From: Candidatus Omnitrophota bacterium
Lineage (GTDB): Bacteria; Omnitrophota; Gorgyraeia; 1-14-0-20-64-10
NCBI GenBank assembly: GCA_023248155.1
Contig: JAHFFE010000003.1
Coordinates: forward strand, 80,042-144,041
Reading direction: 5' to 3'
Length of the DNA stretch: 64,000 bases
The notes under the pieces were generated by a model. The model had not been told where the DNA came from. It saw nothing but the letters and a program-made list of their open reading frames with translations, and searched no databases. Made by a program: the position numbers and the translations under genes. Positions 38,585 through 48,715 of this stretch are shown piece by piece (the first letter of the stretch is position 1; each line of letters starts with the position of its first letter).

Positions 38585-39261
38585 AGCTCTCAGTGATTGT
38601 ACCCGTTTACAATGAACGTAAAACCATACTGACGGCAATTTCTCGGATCAAAAAAACCCCGTTCGAGAAGGAAATTATCATTGTCGATGATGCTTCGACG
38701 GACGGAACCTACGAACAGCTGGAAACCTTGTCGTCGGACTCCGAGGTAGTCATCCTTCGCCATCCGCGAAACAGGGGAAAGGGCGCGGCGCTTCAAACAG
38801 GTTTCGCCAAGGCAACCGGAGAGATTATCATCACGCAGGATGCGGACCTGGAGTATTGGCCTGAGGATTATCTGACGCTGATCGACTTGATAGACAGAGA
38901 TGCGGCCGATGTTGTCTACGGATCGCGATTTATCGGCCGGCACAGGGTATTTCTGTTTACGCACCGGATGGGCAATTTTTTCCTGAATATGCTGGCAAAT
39001 ATTTTATTCAACACGACGCTGACCGATCTTGAAACTGGATTAAAAGCCTTCCGCCGGGAAGTGCTGACGGGTTTCAATCTTAAATCAAACGATTTCAGCA
39101 TTGAAGTTGAGCTGACTGCTAAGGTCTGCCGGGGCGGTTATCGCCTGTACGAAGTTCCCATTCTCTATACAGGCCGAACTTACGCTGAAGGCAAGAAGCT
39201 GACCTGGCGTGACGGATTTCCGGCTCTCTGGGCGTTATTTCGATTCCGTTTTTGCGATTAA
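38581..39261 (+). CDS. GT2-family glycosyltransferase
   Basis: LSVIVPVYNE, VDDASTDGT and a QDADLE motif. Confidence 0.8.
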   Translation: MKLSVIVPVYNERKTILTAISRIKKTPFEKEIIIVDDASTDGTYEQLETLSSDSEVVILRHPRNRGKGAALQTGFAKATGEIIITQDADLEYWPEDYLTLIDLIDRDAADVVYGSRFIGRHRVFLFTHRMGNFFLNMLANILFNTTLTDLETGLKAFRREVLTGFNLKSNDFSIEVELTAKVCRGGYRLYEVPILYTGRTYAEGKKLTWRDGFPALWALFRFRFCD

Positions 39262-39340
39262 CGGATCACCCAAAAACTGACTTTCAAGAGCCGTTTTAAT
39301 GGGTTATACTCAATCTTTAACCCAGAGGCTGACTTCCCCC

Positions 39341-41131
39341 ATGTTCATCTTAGGAATTCATACCGGACACAACGCGACCGTCGCTTTGATGACAGACGGC
39401 ACGATAATTGCCTGCGCCAGCGAGGAGCGTTTTACCGGGAAAAAAAACTATCAGGGGTATCCCGCCAAGTCGATCGAATGGGTTTTGCGCTTCGGAAACA
39501 TTTCTTCCGCAGATCTGGATGAAGTAGCGCTGATCGGCTCTTTCGGCGCTCCGGTCTACGTTGGAGAAGAACCGCGCGAAAAACCGGTATTGATCCGTCT
39601 GATGGCTCTGCTCTGGAAACCGGCCGGGTGGGTCCGCAAAAGTTTTGATTCGCTGGCTTACCGGTTTTCCGGCATTCGTCCGATCGGGCTCTGGTTCTAC
39701 AACCTCTCCACCGATATCGTCGGAACCGTCGTCGCTGCCCAGGAACGCAAGGATATCGCCCAGAAACTGGGAATTTCTCAAGACCGCGTAAAACTGTATG
39801 AGCATCACTCCTGCCACGCCTATACGGCCGCCTGGGCCTCGCCTTATTCGGGACAGGACCAGCTGGTTCTCACGCTCGATGGTGAGGGCGATAAGTTGTG
39901 CGCGACCGTGAATGTTTTTCGCAATGGCCGGCTGGACCGCATCTCATCGACGCCGCTGGGAAATTCGATCGGCCAGGTTTACCGGAATTTGACCCGGTAC
40001 CTGGGCATGAAAGAGGGCGAACATGAATACAAGGTCATGGGCCTGGCCCCTTACGCGAAGCCGGAGAATGTCGACCGCGTTTACAAGAAAATTGAGAAAT
40101 TAGTCTGGCTTGACCCGAAGAACCCTCTCAAGCACCGGGGACTGATTGATACTCACCAGTCGTACCGATTTATGCGCGAGAAACTGGAACGATGCCGCTT
40201 TGACGATATCGCCGGTGCGTTTCAACGGCTGGTCGAGGAACTGCTTTGCGCCTGGGTGAAAGAAGCGGTGCGCCACACCGGCATTCGAACGCTCGCCGTA
40301 AGCGGCGGCGTATTCATGAATGTGAAGGCCAATCAGAAAATCGCGGAATTGCCCGAGGTCGACCGCCTTTTCGCGACACCGACCTGCGGCGACGAATCCA
40401 ACCAGATCGGCGCGGGATATCAGGCCTATCTTGGATTGTGCCGGCAGCGGGGAATTCATCCTGAAATACCGCCGTTCGACACGCTCTACTGGGGCCCGGA
40501 ATTTACCGATCAGGAAATAGCGGATTTTCTGGAGAAAGGAAACTATTCCCGGCGCTATCATGTTGAGCATGTTCCGGAAATCGAACAGCGAATGGCGCAG
40601 ATACTGGCAAAAGGCGGCGTGCTTGCCCGTCTATCGGGGCGAATGGAGTGGGGAGCCCGCTCTCTCGGGAACCGTTCGATTCTGGCACATCCGTCGGACC
40701 CCGACACGATCCGCATCATCAACGAATATATCAAGAACCGGGACTTCTGGATGCCGTTCGCGCCGTCGATACTCGCGGAACGGGCGGCCGATTATGTGGT
40801 TAATCCAAAGGGGATTCCGGCGCGGTTCATGGCCGTTACATTCGATTCTACGCCGCTGGCGCGCCGCGAATTAAAAGCGGCAATGCATCCGTACGACTTT
40901 ACGCTTCGCCCGCAGCTGGTCGACAGCCAAATGAATCCCGGTTATCACCGAATGATCCGGGAGTTTGAAAAACTGACCGGGATCGGAGCGGTACTCAACA
41001 CCTCTTTTAATTTGCATGGGGAACCGGTGGTGCTCGGTCCGGCCGAAGCGTTGAAGGCATTTGAAGAGTCCGGATTACCCCATTTGGCCATGGGCCACTA
41101 CCTTATTTCCAAAGCTCAGCCCAAGCTTTAA
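39341..41131 (+). CDS. Carbamoyltransferase (NodU/CmcH family)
   Basis: MFILGIHTGHNATVAL… matches the carbamoyltransferase N-terminal (ASKHA-like) domain, and the C-terminal YrdC-like region follows. ~597 aa from the internal ATG. Confidence 0.75.
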   Translation: MFILGIHTGHNATVALMTDGTIIACASEERFTGKKNYQGYPAKSIEWVLRFGNISSADLDEVALIGSFGAPVYVGEEPREKPVLIRLMALLWKPAGWVRKSFDSLAYRFSGIRPIGLWFYNLSTDIVGTVVAAQERKDIAQKLGISQDRVKLYEHHSCHAYTAAWASPYSGQDQLVLTLDGEGDKLCATVNVFRNGRLDRISSTPLGNSIGQVYRNLTRYLGMKEGEHEYKVMGLAPYAKPENVDRVYKKIEKLVWLDPKNPLKHRGLIDTHQSYRFMREKLERCRFDDIAGAFQRLVEELLCAWVKEAVRHTGIRTLAVSGGVFMNVKANQKIAELPEVDRLFATPTCGDESNQIGAGYQAYLGLCRQRGIHPEIPPFDTLYWGPEFTDQEIADFLEKGNYSRRYHVEHVPEIEQRMAQILAKGGVLARLSGRMEWGARSLGNRSILAHPSDPDTIRIINEYIKNRDFWMPFAPSILAERAADYVVNPKGIPARFMAVTFDSTPLARRELKAAMHPYDFTLRPQLVDSQMNPGYHRMIREFEKLTGIGAVLNTSFNLHGEPVVLGPAEALKAFEESGLPHLAMGHYLISKAQPKL

Positions 41132-41175
41132 TTGCTATAATAAAACAGATTCACAACGGAGGCAGACGATACGGA

Positions 41176-42138
41176 ATGATGAATTTGGACGAGATGATGT
41201 TGAGTGTGCGAAGCAATGTACGGGCGGCCGCGCGGTGGCAAAATCACCACGAACTGGCCAAAGGATCTGTTGAGCAGAAGAAACGATTCTGCGCGCTGCG
41301 GAGCCAGTTCCGGTCCCGCCTTGAAGCGCTCGAAAAATTTGATATCAGCCACTATACAACGCCCAATTGGAAGAACTTTAACGAGAAAGTCCGCGCTGCG
41401 CTTTTTCCGGAACCTTCATTCGCGTTCCTGAGAAACCCAACCGTGATGTACACCATGTTCCTGAGCCGCGGCGGAACAGCCATGAAGACCGAGCTGGACT
41501 ATCTTGAATCGAAACTGAAACCAGAAGAATTACAGCGGCTTCTCGCCGAAGACGGCACCGGCGCGCCGCTGCTGCTTAACAGCCGCTACCGGACTTCCCA
41601 TAACACGATCCATCATCTGCATCACCTGATCCGGTTTCAGGAGCGAACCGGCCGCGCGCTGAACAGCATCTCCAGCGTAATCGAGTGGGGCGGCGGCTAT
41701 GGAAATCTGGCCAAACTGTTCACGCGATTGGTGGGAAAACAGCGCACCTACACCATTATCGATACGCCTTTGTTCAGTTGTCTTCAGTGGCTCTATCTGT
41801 CCACGATTTTCGGAGAAGAGAACGTTAATTTGATCCAGAGCCCGCAGCAAACGATCCAGGAAGGGAAGATCAATCTGGTCCCGGTCTGCTTTATTCCTAA
41901 TCTTTCGTTACAGGCAGAACTGTTTATTTCCACCTGGGCGCTGAACGAAAGCTCCGTTGCTTCGCAGGACGCCGTGACCCAGAGGAACTGGTTCGGAGCA
42001 AAGCATCTTCTGCTGGCTTATCTCGAAAACTACCCGGGACTTCCGGATTCGGAAAGAGTCGCCAAAGCGGCTGTGGCGCGCGGAGCTTCCATCGAAGACA
42101 TTGAGTTCCTGCCAAAAAATCATTATGTCTTCTTATAG
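41176..42138 (+). CDS. Putative sugar O-methyltransferase (LIC12133/TIGR04325-like)
   Basis: Has an EWGGGYGNLA glycine-rich SAM-binding motif. Its overall size and its context in an O-antigen-type locus fit. The family call is from memory. Confidence 0.45.
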   Translation: MMNLDEMMLSVRSNVRAAARWQNHHELAKGSVEQKKRFCALRSQFRSRLEALEKFDISHYTTPNWKNFNEKVRAALFPEPSFAFLRNPTVMYTMFLSRGGTAMKTELDYLESKLKPEELQRLLAEDGTGAPLLLNSRYRTSHNTIHHLHHLIRFQERTGRALNSISSVIEWGGGYGNLAKLFTRLVGKQRTYTIIDTPLFSCLQWLYLSTIFGEENVNLIQSPQQTIQEGKINLVPVCFIPNLSLQAELFISTWALNESSVASQDAVTQRNWFGAKHLLLAYLENYPGLPDSERVAKAAVARGASIEDIEFLPKNHYVFL

Positions 42139-43207
42139 TCCGCCGGTATCGGTCATTATTCCGAACTACAACGGCCGCGCCTATCTGCAGGATTGCCTGG
42201 ATTCGTTGTCGCACCAGACATGGCCTGATTTTGAAACGATCCTGCTGGATAACGGCTCGTCGGATGGCAGCGCCGAATGGATCAAGCAATCGTTCCCGCA
42301 TTTAAAACTGATCGAGCTTTCGGAAAATCTCGGATTTGCCGGCGGATGCAATTATGCGGCAGCCCATGCCGGCGGAGAATGGCTCGTCTTTCTCAATAAC
42401 GACACAATCGCCGACCCCCATTGGCTGAAAAATTTAATGACCGCCGTAACGGCGGATCCGAAATCAGGGGCGGGGACCAGCAAGATATTGCTGGTGAATG
42501 ACCACGCGCGGCTCGATTCGATCGGATCGTATCTGACGGCCACCGGTTTTTTAAGCCATATCGGATTACTGGAAGCCGACCACGGCCAGTACGACACCAT
42601 CGAAAAGATTTTCTCGCCGAAGGGCGTTGCATTTGCAATCCGAAAAGACCTTTTCCAAAAGCTCGACGGATTCGATCATCAGTATTTTGCTTACTTTGAA
42701 GAGACCGACCTTTTCTGGCGCGTCTGGCTGGCCGGCTATCAAATTATCTTTGCACCCAAATCAGTGATCTATCACAAGGTGGGCGGAACCGCGTTGTCGT
42801 TTCATTTTTCATTTGTCGACTACCACAGTTTCAAAAACCGGATTCGCACGATCCTGAAGAATGCGCAGGGAACCACGCTGCTCTGGATGCTGCCGTTTCA
42901 TCTGGCCTGCTGCGCAGGCCTCGTGCTTGCCAATATGCTGCGCAGGGAACGCTGGCCGAACGCATGGGCCATTGTGCGCGCATTCGGCTGGAACATCCGC
43001 CATTTGCCGGAAACCTGGAAAGCCCGGCGCGCGATTCAAAAAAGCCGGCGAATCAGCGACCACGAATTATTTAAGAGCGCTCTGCATCCAATTCCGGTCC
43101 GTAATTTCTTTCAATACATGCACTGGATGATTTTTTCGCGCGAAAAACTACGCGCATCGATTCACTCAAAGCCGAATGAAGCGCCCCACGCGGTGGGTCA
43201 TCTTTAA
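42101..43207 (+). CDS. GT2-family glycosyltransferase (rhamnosyltransferase-like)
   Basis: VSVIIPNYNG, LDNGSSDGS and FLNNDT (DxD-equivalent) motifs. Confidence 0.8.
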   Translation: MSSCQKIIMSSYSPPVSVIIPNYNGRAYLQDCLDSLSHQTWPDFETILLDNGSSDGSAEWIKQSFPHLKLIELSENLGFAGGCNYAAAHAGGEWLVFLNNDTIADPHWLKNLMTAVTADPKSGAGTSKILLVNDHARLDSIGSYLTATGFLSHIGLLEADHGQYDTIEKIFSPKGVAFAIRKDLFQKLDGFDHQYFAYFEETDLFWRVWLAGYQIIFAPKSVIYHKVGGTALSFHFSFVDYHSFKNRIRTILKNAQGTTLLWMLPFHLACCAGLVLANMLRRERWPNAWAIVRAFGWNIRHLPETWKARRAIQKSRRISDHELFKSALHPIPVRNFFQYMHWMIFSREKLRASIHSKPNEAPHAVGHL

Positions 43208-43209
43208 AC

Positions 43210-44385
43210 ATGGAAGCGCTCATTCCTTCGAGCGTGATTCTGACGGCGCATTTGCTGGTAACGGGGCCGGCGCAGGAACTACAGCATTTCCTGAAAGACC
43301 GGTGCAAAAAGATCGTGCTGATTACGCATCCGCTGCAGCCGTTTACGCCTGTGGGCGACCACCGATCGGTCTGTCAGGTAGTGCGGAACGGGACCGTGGA
43401 ATCCGAGCGGTCGGTGGAACAATGGGCTTTACCGGCTTCGAATTGGGCCGAGTTGCTTTTTTTTGTCCGGCATTCGCTCTGGTCTTTTTCATGGTCGATT
43501 CGATACGGACGGGGAACCGAGCTTTTCGTCGGCATCAATCCACTTAACGCGTTCGTGGGTCTTTGCCTGAAACGGCTGGGCTGCGTTCAGCGCGTTGTTT
43601 ATTACACGATTGATTATGTTCCGAACCGTTTTTCAAACAAGCAGTTGAACCGGTTTTATCATTGGATCGACCGGACCTGCGTGCGCGGCTGCGACCAGAC
43701 ATGGAATCTTTCTTCGCGAATGGTAACGGCCCGGGAATCGCGCGGTATTGGAGCCGAATTCCGAAACAAGCAGATCACTGTCCCGATCGGAACCGATCTG
43801 CGCGTTCAACCGCTGCCGGTCGAGCAGATTGACCGAAACGCGATCGTTTATTTCGGGGGACTGATGGAAAAGCAGGGAGTCCAGCTGGGAATCGAAGCGT
43901 TGGCGCTTCTGCGCCGTTCCGTGCCGCAGGCGCGCATGGTGGTAATCGGCGGAGGTTCGCCCGACCGGATGAACCGGTTAAAAGAAATGGCGCGGTCGCT
44001 GGGAGTCGCGGATCAGATAGAGTTTACGGGCGTGATTGAAGACCATAGCGAGGCGCTGGAACGGATTTCTCGCGGCGCAGTCGGTATCGCGCCCTACACG
44101 GATGATCCGGATAATTTTACGCAATACACCGACCCGGGAAAACCGAAGGCCTATCTGGCCGCCGGACTGCCGGTGGTAATGACCGGTGTACCGGAAGTCG
44201 CGCAGACAATCGCGCAGGCCGGGGCCGGATTTGTGGTTCCATACGATGCGCAGGCGCTGGCTGACAGCTTAAGCCGCCTGCTGACCGATGAACTTCTTTT
44301 TGTTTCCTGCAGACAGAAGGCGCGTCTGCTGGCCGAGCAATACGACTGGGAAAAACTTTTTAATAACGCGTTTGAGCGGAGGTAA
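43210..44385 (+). CDS. GT4-family glycosyltransferase
   Basis: C-terminal GT-B nucleotide-binding domain (…GGLMEKQGV…, E-x7-E region). Confidence 0.7.
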   Translation: MEALIPSSVILTAHLLVTGPAQELQHFLKDRCKKIVLITHPLQPFTPVGDHRSVCQVVRNGTVESERSVEQWALPASNWAELLFFVRHSLWSFSWSIRYGRGTELFVGINPLNAFVGLCLKRLGCVQRVVYYTIDYVPNRFSNKQLNRFYHWIDRTCVRGCDQTWNLSSRMVTARESRGIGAEFRNKQITVPIGTDLRVQPLPVEQIDRNAIVYFGGLMEKQGVQLGIEALALLRRSVPQARMVVIGGGSPDRMNRLKEMARSLGVADQIEFTGVIEDHSEALERISRGAVGIAPYTDDPDNFTQYTDPGKPKAYLAAGLPVVMTGVPEVAQTIAQAGAGFVVPYDAQALADSLSRLLTDELLFVSCRQKARLLAEQYDWEKLFNNAFERR

Positions 44386-44388
44386 TTC

Positions 44389-45360
44389 ATGGCATCCATT
44401 CTGGTAACAGGCGGCGCAGGTTTTCTGGGTTCGTTCATTTGCGAGAAATTGCTCGCAATGGGGCATCAGGTCGTCGCATACGATATGTCGAACGGCGAAA
44501 AGATTGAGCACTTAATCGACAAGCCGGGCTTCCGGTTCGTGCAGGATTCGATCCTGAACTTCAGCTCCATGGAACGGGAGATTGATCGCGCCGATATCGT
44601 GGTCCATTTCGCGGCAATCGCCGATCCGAAACGGTATGTGCAGGAACCGTTGGTGACGATGGAAATCGATCTGCAGGGCGCCTTGAATGTTTTCAAGCTG
44701 GCCTCGAAAAAGAAAGCGAAGGTCTGCTTTGCTTCCACCTCCGAGATCTACGGAAAGAATCCGGCGATCCCGTGGAAAGAAGATGCCGAACGGGTGCTGG
44801 GCTCAACGCATATCAACCGGTGGTGCTATGGAACCGCCAAGGCCGCCGCCGAGCATTACTGCTATGCCTACGCGCATCAGGAAGGGATGCCGTTCGTCAT
44901 CTACCGGTTCTTTAATGTCTACGGCCCGCGGCTCGACGATCTCGGTTCCGGGCGCGTGCTTCCGATTTTCCTGAAGCAGTGTTTGCACGACGAACCGATT
45001 ACGATCCACGGTGACGGTCTGCAGACGCGCACGCTGGTTTACATTGAGGATGCCGTCGACTGCGTGGTTCGCGCAATCTTTAACGAAAAAGCAGTGGGCC
45101 AGGCGTTTAATATCGGAACCTCGCAGGAATTGAGCATGAAAGATCTCGCCTTAAAATTAAAAGAGGTCGGCGGATTCAAATCGGAAATCGTTTATGTTCC
45201 GCACAAGGAAGTATTCGGCGCCAGTTACGAGGATGTGCCGCGGCGCGTTCCGGATGTTTCAAAAGCCAAAAAACTTCTGGGTTGGGAAGCAACAACGACG
45301 CTGGAAGAAGGTCTTAAAAAGACAATCGCTTACTACAAGGAACAAATCGCGAACCGATGA
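44389..45360 (+). CDS. UDP-glucuronate oxidative decarboxylase, ArnA C-terminal-domain-like (UDP-4-keto-pentose forming)
   Basis: FVQDSILNF…ADIVVHFAAIADP…KVCFASTSEIYGK and YGTAKAAAE…FVIYRFFNVYGPRLDD closely track E. coli ArnA residues ~350-520 (FVEGDISIH…STSEVYGM…YSVSKQLLD…RPFNWMGPRLDN). Confidence 0.65.
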   Translation: MASILVTGGAGFLGSFICEKLLAMGHQVVAYDMSNGEKIEHLIDKPGFRFVQDSILNFSSMEREIDRADIVVHFAAIADPKRYVQEPLVTMEIDLQGALNVFKLASKKKAKVCFASTSEIYGKNPAIPWKEDAERVLGSTHINRWCYGTAKAAAEHYCYAYAHQEGMPFVIYRFFNVYGPRLDDLGSGRVLPIFLKQCLHDEPITIHGDGLQTRTLVYIEDAVDCVVRAIFNEKAVGQAFNIGTSQELSMKDLALKLKEVGGFKSEIVYVPHKEVFGASYEDVPRRVPDVSKAKKLLGWEATTTLEEGLKKTIAYYKEQIANR

Positions 45361-46115
45361 TTGAAAAACTGGATTGGGATACGCGCCATTTCGGTGTCCC
45401 GATGGGGCGGTTCAATTGGTCTGAGACCGGTCAGCCGCATACGGAATCAGTAGCAGCCGCAACGCAGCAGGCAAAACAGCTGGGACTGAAACAGTTGATG
45501 GCGCGCGCACACCCATCCGAGATGGAAAAAATCCACGCATTGGAAGCCGGCGGTTTTCGTCTCGTGGATACGCTGGTTACATTAACGATTGATTTGCGTA
45601 AAAATCCGCCGCCGTCGGCGAAGGATTCTTCCGTGCGAACCGCTCGCGCACAGGACCTTCCTGGGTTGACGGCCCTGGCGAAAACAGCGTTCGCCGACCG
45701 CTCGATCTGGCTGGACCGGTTTCACGCCGATCCGAAAATCCCGGAAGGGAAAGCCGACGCGCTGTACGAAGAATGGGTCCGTAACTCCGTTGCTCCGGCT
45801 TCAGCCGCCGCGTCGATGGCAGACCAGACATTCGTTTCGGAAATCGACGGAAAAATTGCCGGTTTTCTAACCTGCGTCCGCGGTTCCGAAACCGTTTACG
45901 GAAAAGTATCGCTCAACGCGGTTGACTCATCATTTCGGAAGAGAGGCATCTACCGGGCGATGATTGACCATGCGCTGGCCTGGTTTCTGCGTGAAAAGAG
46001 CCCTCTGGTCTCCGTAAGAACCAGTATTTTCAGCCATGCCGTTCAGCGCGCCTGGATCCGCATCGGCGCTGTCCCGTCAGATGTCGAGCACACCTTTCAC
46101 TGGTGGACCGACTGA
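45357..46115 (+). CDS. GNAT-family N-acetyltransferase, WecD (dTDP-fucosamine acetyltransferase)-like
   Basis: The N-terminal LDWDTRHFG resembles WecD (LTWENAFFG). A C-terminal acetyl-CoA-binding region is RKRGIYRAMIDHAL. Confidence 0.5.
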   Translation: MIEKLDWDTRHFGVPMGRFNWSETGQPHTESVAAATQQAKQLGLKQLMARAHPSEMEKIHALEAGGFRLVDTLVTLTIDLRKNPPPSAKDSSVRTARAQDLPGLTALAKTAFADRSIWLDRFHADPKIPEGKADALYEEWVRNSVAPASAAASMADQTFVSEIDGKIAGFLTCVRGSETVYGKVSLNAVDSSFRKRGIYRAMIDHALAWFLREKSPLVSVRTSIFSHAVQRAWIRIGAVPSDVEHTFHWWTD

Positions 46116-46118
46116 TTC

Positions 46119-47984
46119 GTGTGCGGCATTTGCGGAATCTTCGATCCCGATAAGATCAGCGACTCCTCAATTTCCTCTTTAATCCGGATGCGCGACCGGC
46201 TGCGCCTCCGCGGTCCCGATGATGAAGGGCTCTACCGCGATGAATCCGTCGCGCTGGGAATCCGCCGCTTAAGCGTGATTGATCTTAAAACCGGCCGTCA
46301 GCCGATTGCCAACGAAGATGACTCGGTCTGGGTGGTTCTCAACGGCGAAATCTACAATTACCGGGAACTGCGCCGCGATCTGGAACAAAAAGGCCACCGG
46401 TTCCGCACGCAGTCCGACACCGAAGTACTGGTCCATCTCTACGAAGAATCGGGAGAACGGTTGGTCGAATCGCTTCGCGGCATGTTCGCGTTTGCGCTTT
46501 GGGACAAACGCAAAAAAATGCTGATGCTGGCCCGCGACCGGTTCGGCATCAAACCTCTTTATTACGCGCAGCAGGGAAGCCGGCTGATTTTTTCTTCCGA
46601 ATTGCGCTCGCTGCTGCAGCATCCTGAAATTTCCCGGGAAACCGATCCGGATGCCGTTGATCTTTATCTGACGACCGGCTATATTCCATCGCCGCTTTCA
46701 ATCATCCGCGGAATTCAAAAAGTTCCGCCGGCAACGGTACTGACGGCCACCGCGCAAAAAATCGAACTTAAAAAATACTGGGCTCCCTCATTGCCGCAAC
46801 CGGATCTGAAATTGGATATTCCGGAACTCCAACAGCAGTTGAGCCGGCATCTGGCCGATTCGGTTGCTCTGCATCTGCGCAGCGACGTTCCAGTCGGCGT
46901 ATTGTTAAGCGGCGGACTCGATTCTTCGCTGATTCTTTCCGAAGTGGTGAAAGCATCCCAAAAACAGGTGACCGCGTTTACGATCGGCTTTGAAGAAGCC
47001 AGCTTCGACGAAACCGCGGCCGCCGCGCAGATTGCGCGCCATTTCGGGGTAGACCACCAGATTGAAACGATCGGAACCCGCGAACAGCTCGACCGCATTC
47101 CTGAAATCCTCGGCGCCTGCGATGAACCTTTGGCCGATTCGTCGGTAATCCCCACCTGGTTTTTAAGCCGGCTGGCCAAACGATCGGTCACCGTGGCGTT
47201 AAGCGGAGACGGCGGAGATGAGCTGTTCGGCGGATACCCCACCTATGCGGCACACCGGATCGCGCAGCGATTGGGTATTTTACCGCAACCGTTCTGGGCC
47301 GCGGCCCAATGGGCAGCGAACCGGCTGCCGGTATCGGATAAAAATTTCAGTTTTGATTTTATCGCCGGACAATTTTTACGCGGAGCGGGCCAGCCGCTGG
47401 TTCAGCGGCATTTCAGCTGGATGGGAATTTTTTCGGCGGACGAAAAAACAGCCTTAACAGGATCGGCGGGAGGGGCTTCAACCGCTTGGATTAAGAAACA
47501 ATCGGAAGAGCTGGCCGCATTTACTTTATCCGATCCGGCAGATGCCGCCGCCGGGCTCGATCAAAAGACTTATCTGCCGGATGACTTGCTGTTTAAAACC
47601 GACCGGCTCAGCATGCAGCACAGCCTGGAGCTGCGCGTTCCGCTGCTGGATCATCCGCTGGCTGAATTTGCCGGGACCATTCCGTCCCTGTTAAAAATCC
47701 AGGGAAGTTCCACGAAAATTTTGTTTCGCAAACTATTGGAAGAACGCATTCCAGGTTCGATTGCGCGTCATCCAAAAAAAGGATTCGGAGCGCCGGTGGC
47801 TGCCTGGCTGCGCGGGCCGCTGAAAGAATGGTCGGCCGATACGCTGGAAACCGCGCTGCACTCCAATAAATACGGGTGGAACAAAACCTATGTGCGAACA
47901 CTGCTGAAAGAACATGCGCAGGGCCGCCGCAACCATGCGCGGCGAATCTGGGCGCTGCTGGCGCTGGAGCAATGGCAATCATGA
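46119..47984 (+). CDS. Asparagine synthase-family glutamine amidotransferase (AsnB-like)
   Basis: N-terminal nucleophile (M)CGICGIF, and the synthetase-domain PP-loop SGGLDSS. GTG start. Confidence 0.85.
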   Translation: MCGICGIFDPDKISDSSISSLIRMRDRLRLRGPDDEGLYRDESVALGIRRLSVIDLKTGRQPIANEDDSVWVVLNGEIYNYRELRRDLEQKGHRFRTQSDTEVLVHLYEESGERLVESLRGMFAFALWDKRKKMLMLARDRFGIKPLYYAQQGSRLIFSSELRSLLQHPEISRETDPDAVDLYLTTGYIPSPLSIIRGIQKVPPATVLTATAQKIELKKYWAPSLPQPDLKLDIPELQQQLSRHLADSVALHLRSDVPVGVLLSGGLDSSLILSEVVKASQKQVTAFTIGFEEASFDETAAAAQIARHFGVDHQIETIGTREQLDRIPEILGACDEPLADSSVIPTWFLSRLAKRSVTVALSGDGGDELFGGYPTYAAHRIAQRLGILPQPFWAAAQWAANRLPVSDKNFSFDFIAGQFLRGAGQPLVQRHFSWMGIFSADEKTALTGSAGGASTAWIKKQSEELAAFTLSDPADAAAGLDQKTYLPDDLLFKTDRLSMQHSLELRVPLLDHPLAEFAGTIPSLLKIQGSSTKILFRKLLEERIPGSIARHPKKGFGAPVAAWLRGPLKEWSADTLETALHSNKYGWNKTYVRTLLKEHAQGRRNHARRIWALLALEQWQS

Positions 47985-48715
47985 GTGACGCGCGCAACAT
48001 CCAAAATGAGCAGGATCATTTCGATCAGGCTGCGCTTCGGTACCGATCTTCCTGGTGGGGGCAGAAAACGGCCGCGGGGCAGGTTCGTTTGCGCAAGCGG
48101 TATGCCCGGATTAATTCCGCGCTCGATCAAGCCGGCGCGAAAATAATTCTGGAGATCGGCTGCGGTTCCGGAATCCTGACCGAGGGAATCAGCCGGCCCG
48201 GGCGCCGGATATGGGCGCTCGATCTTTCGCAGGAGCTGCTGAGAATTGCGCGGGGGCGGCCGCTTTCCAATACGCTCTGGCTTCGTTCACTGGCCGACCG
48301 GCTGCCGTTTCCGGATCAATCATTCGACGCCGTCGTCGGAGACGGGATCCTGCACCACATTATTCCATTGGAGCCGGTGCTGGCTGACTTAAAGCGGGTT
48401 TTAAAACCATCCGGGTCCGGTTTCTTTTTCGAGCCGAACATGGCCAATCCGCAAATCTTCCTGGAACGAAAGATCGAGTGGATCCGGCGGCTGCATCAAA
48501 CGCCGGATGAAACCGCTTTTTTACGAGGTTCCATTCGAGCTCGACTTTTGAGATACTGGAAGCAGGTATCCGTCGAGCCGTTTGACTTTTTACACCCGTC
48601 TATTCCTCAGCCGCTGATCGGCATCGCGGAATCGCTCGGCGGAACACTGGAGCATTGTCCGGGAGTCCGGGAATTGGCCGGTTCTCTTCAAATTCAATTT
48701 AAGGAATCACGATGA
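47981..48715 (+). CDS. Class I SAM-dependent methyltransferase
   Basis: SAM motif I ILEIGCGSGIL and motif II FDAVVGDGILHH. The ATG overlaps the asnB-like stop (ATGA). Confidence 0.75.
   Translation: MSDARNIQNEQDHFDQAALRYRSSWWGQKTAAGQVRLRKRYARINSALDQAGAKIILEIGCGSGILTEGISRPGRRIWALDLSQELLRIARGRPLSNTLWLRSLADRLPFPDQSFDAVVGDGILHHIIPLEPVLADLKRVLKPSGSGFFFEPNMANPQIFLERKIEWIRRLHQTPDETAFLRGSIRARLLRYWKQVSVEPFDFLHPSIPQPLIGIAESLGGTLEHCPGVRELAGSLQIQFKESR

Noticed and set aside
39262-39340. Possible internal promoter (TTTCAA-17-TATACT) before the carbamoyltransferase gene
   Set aside because: The -35 matches only 3/6 and the gap may simply reflect an incorrect upstream start choice, so support is too weak.
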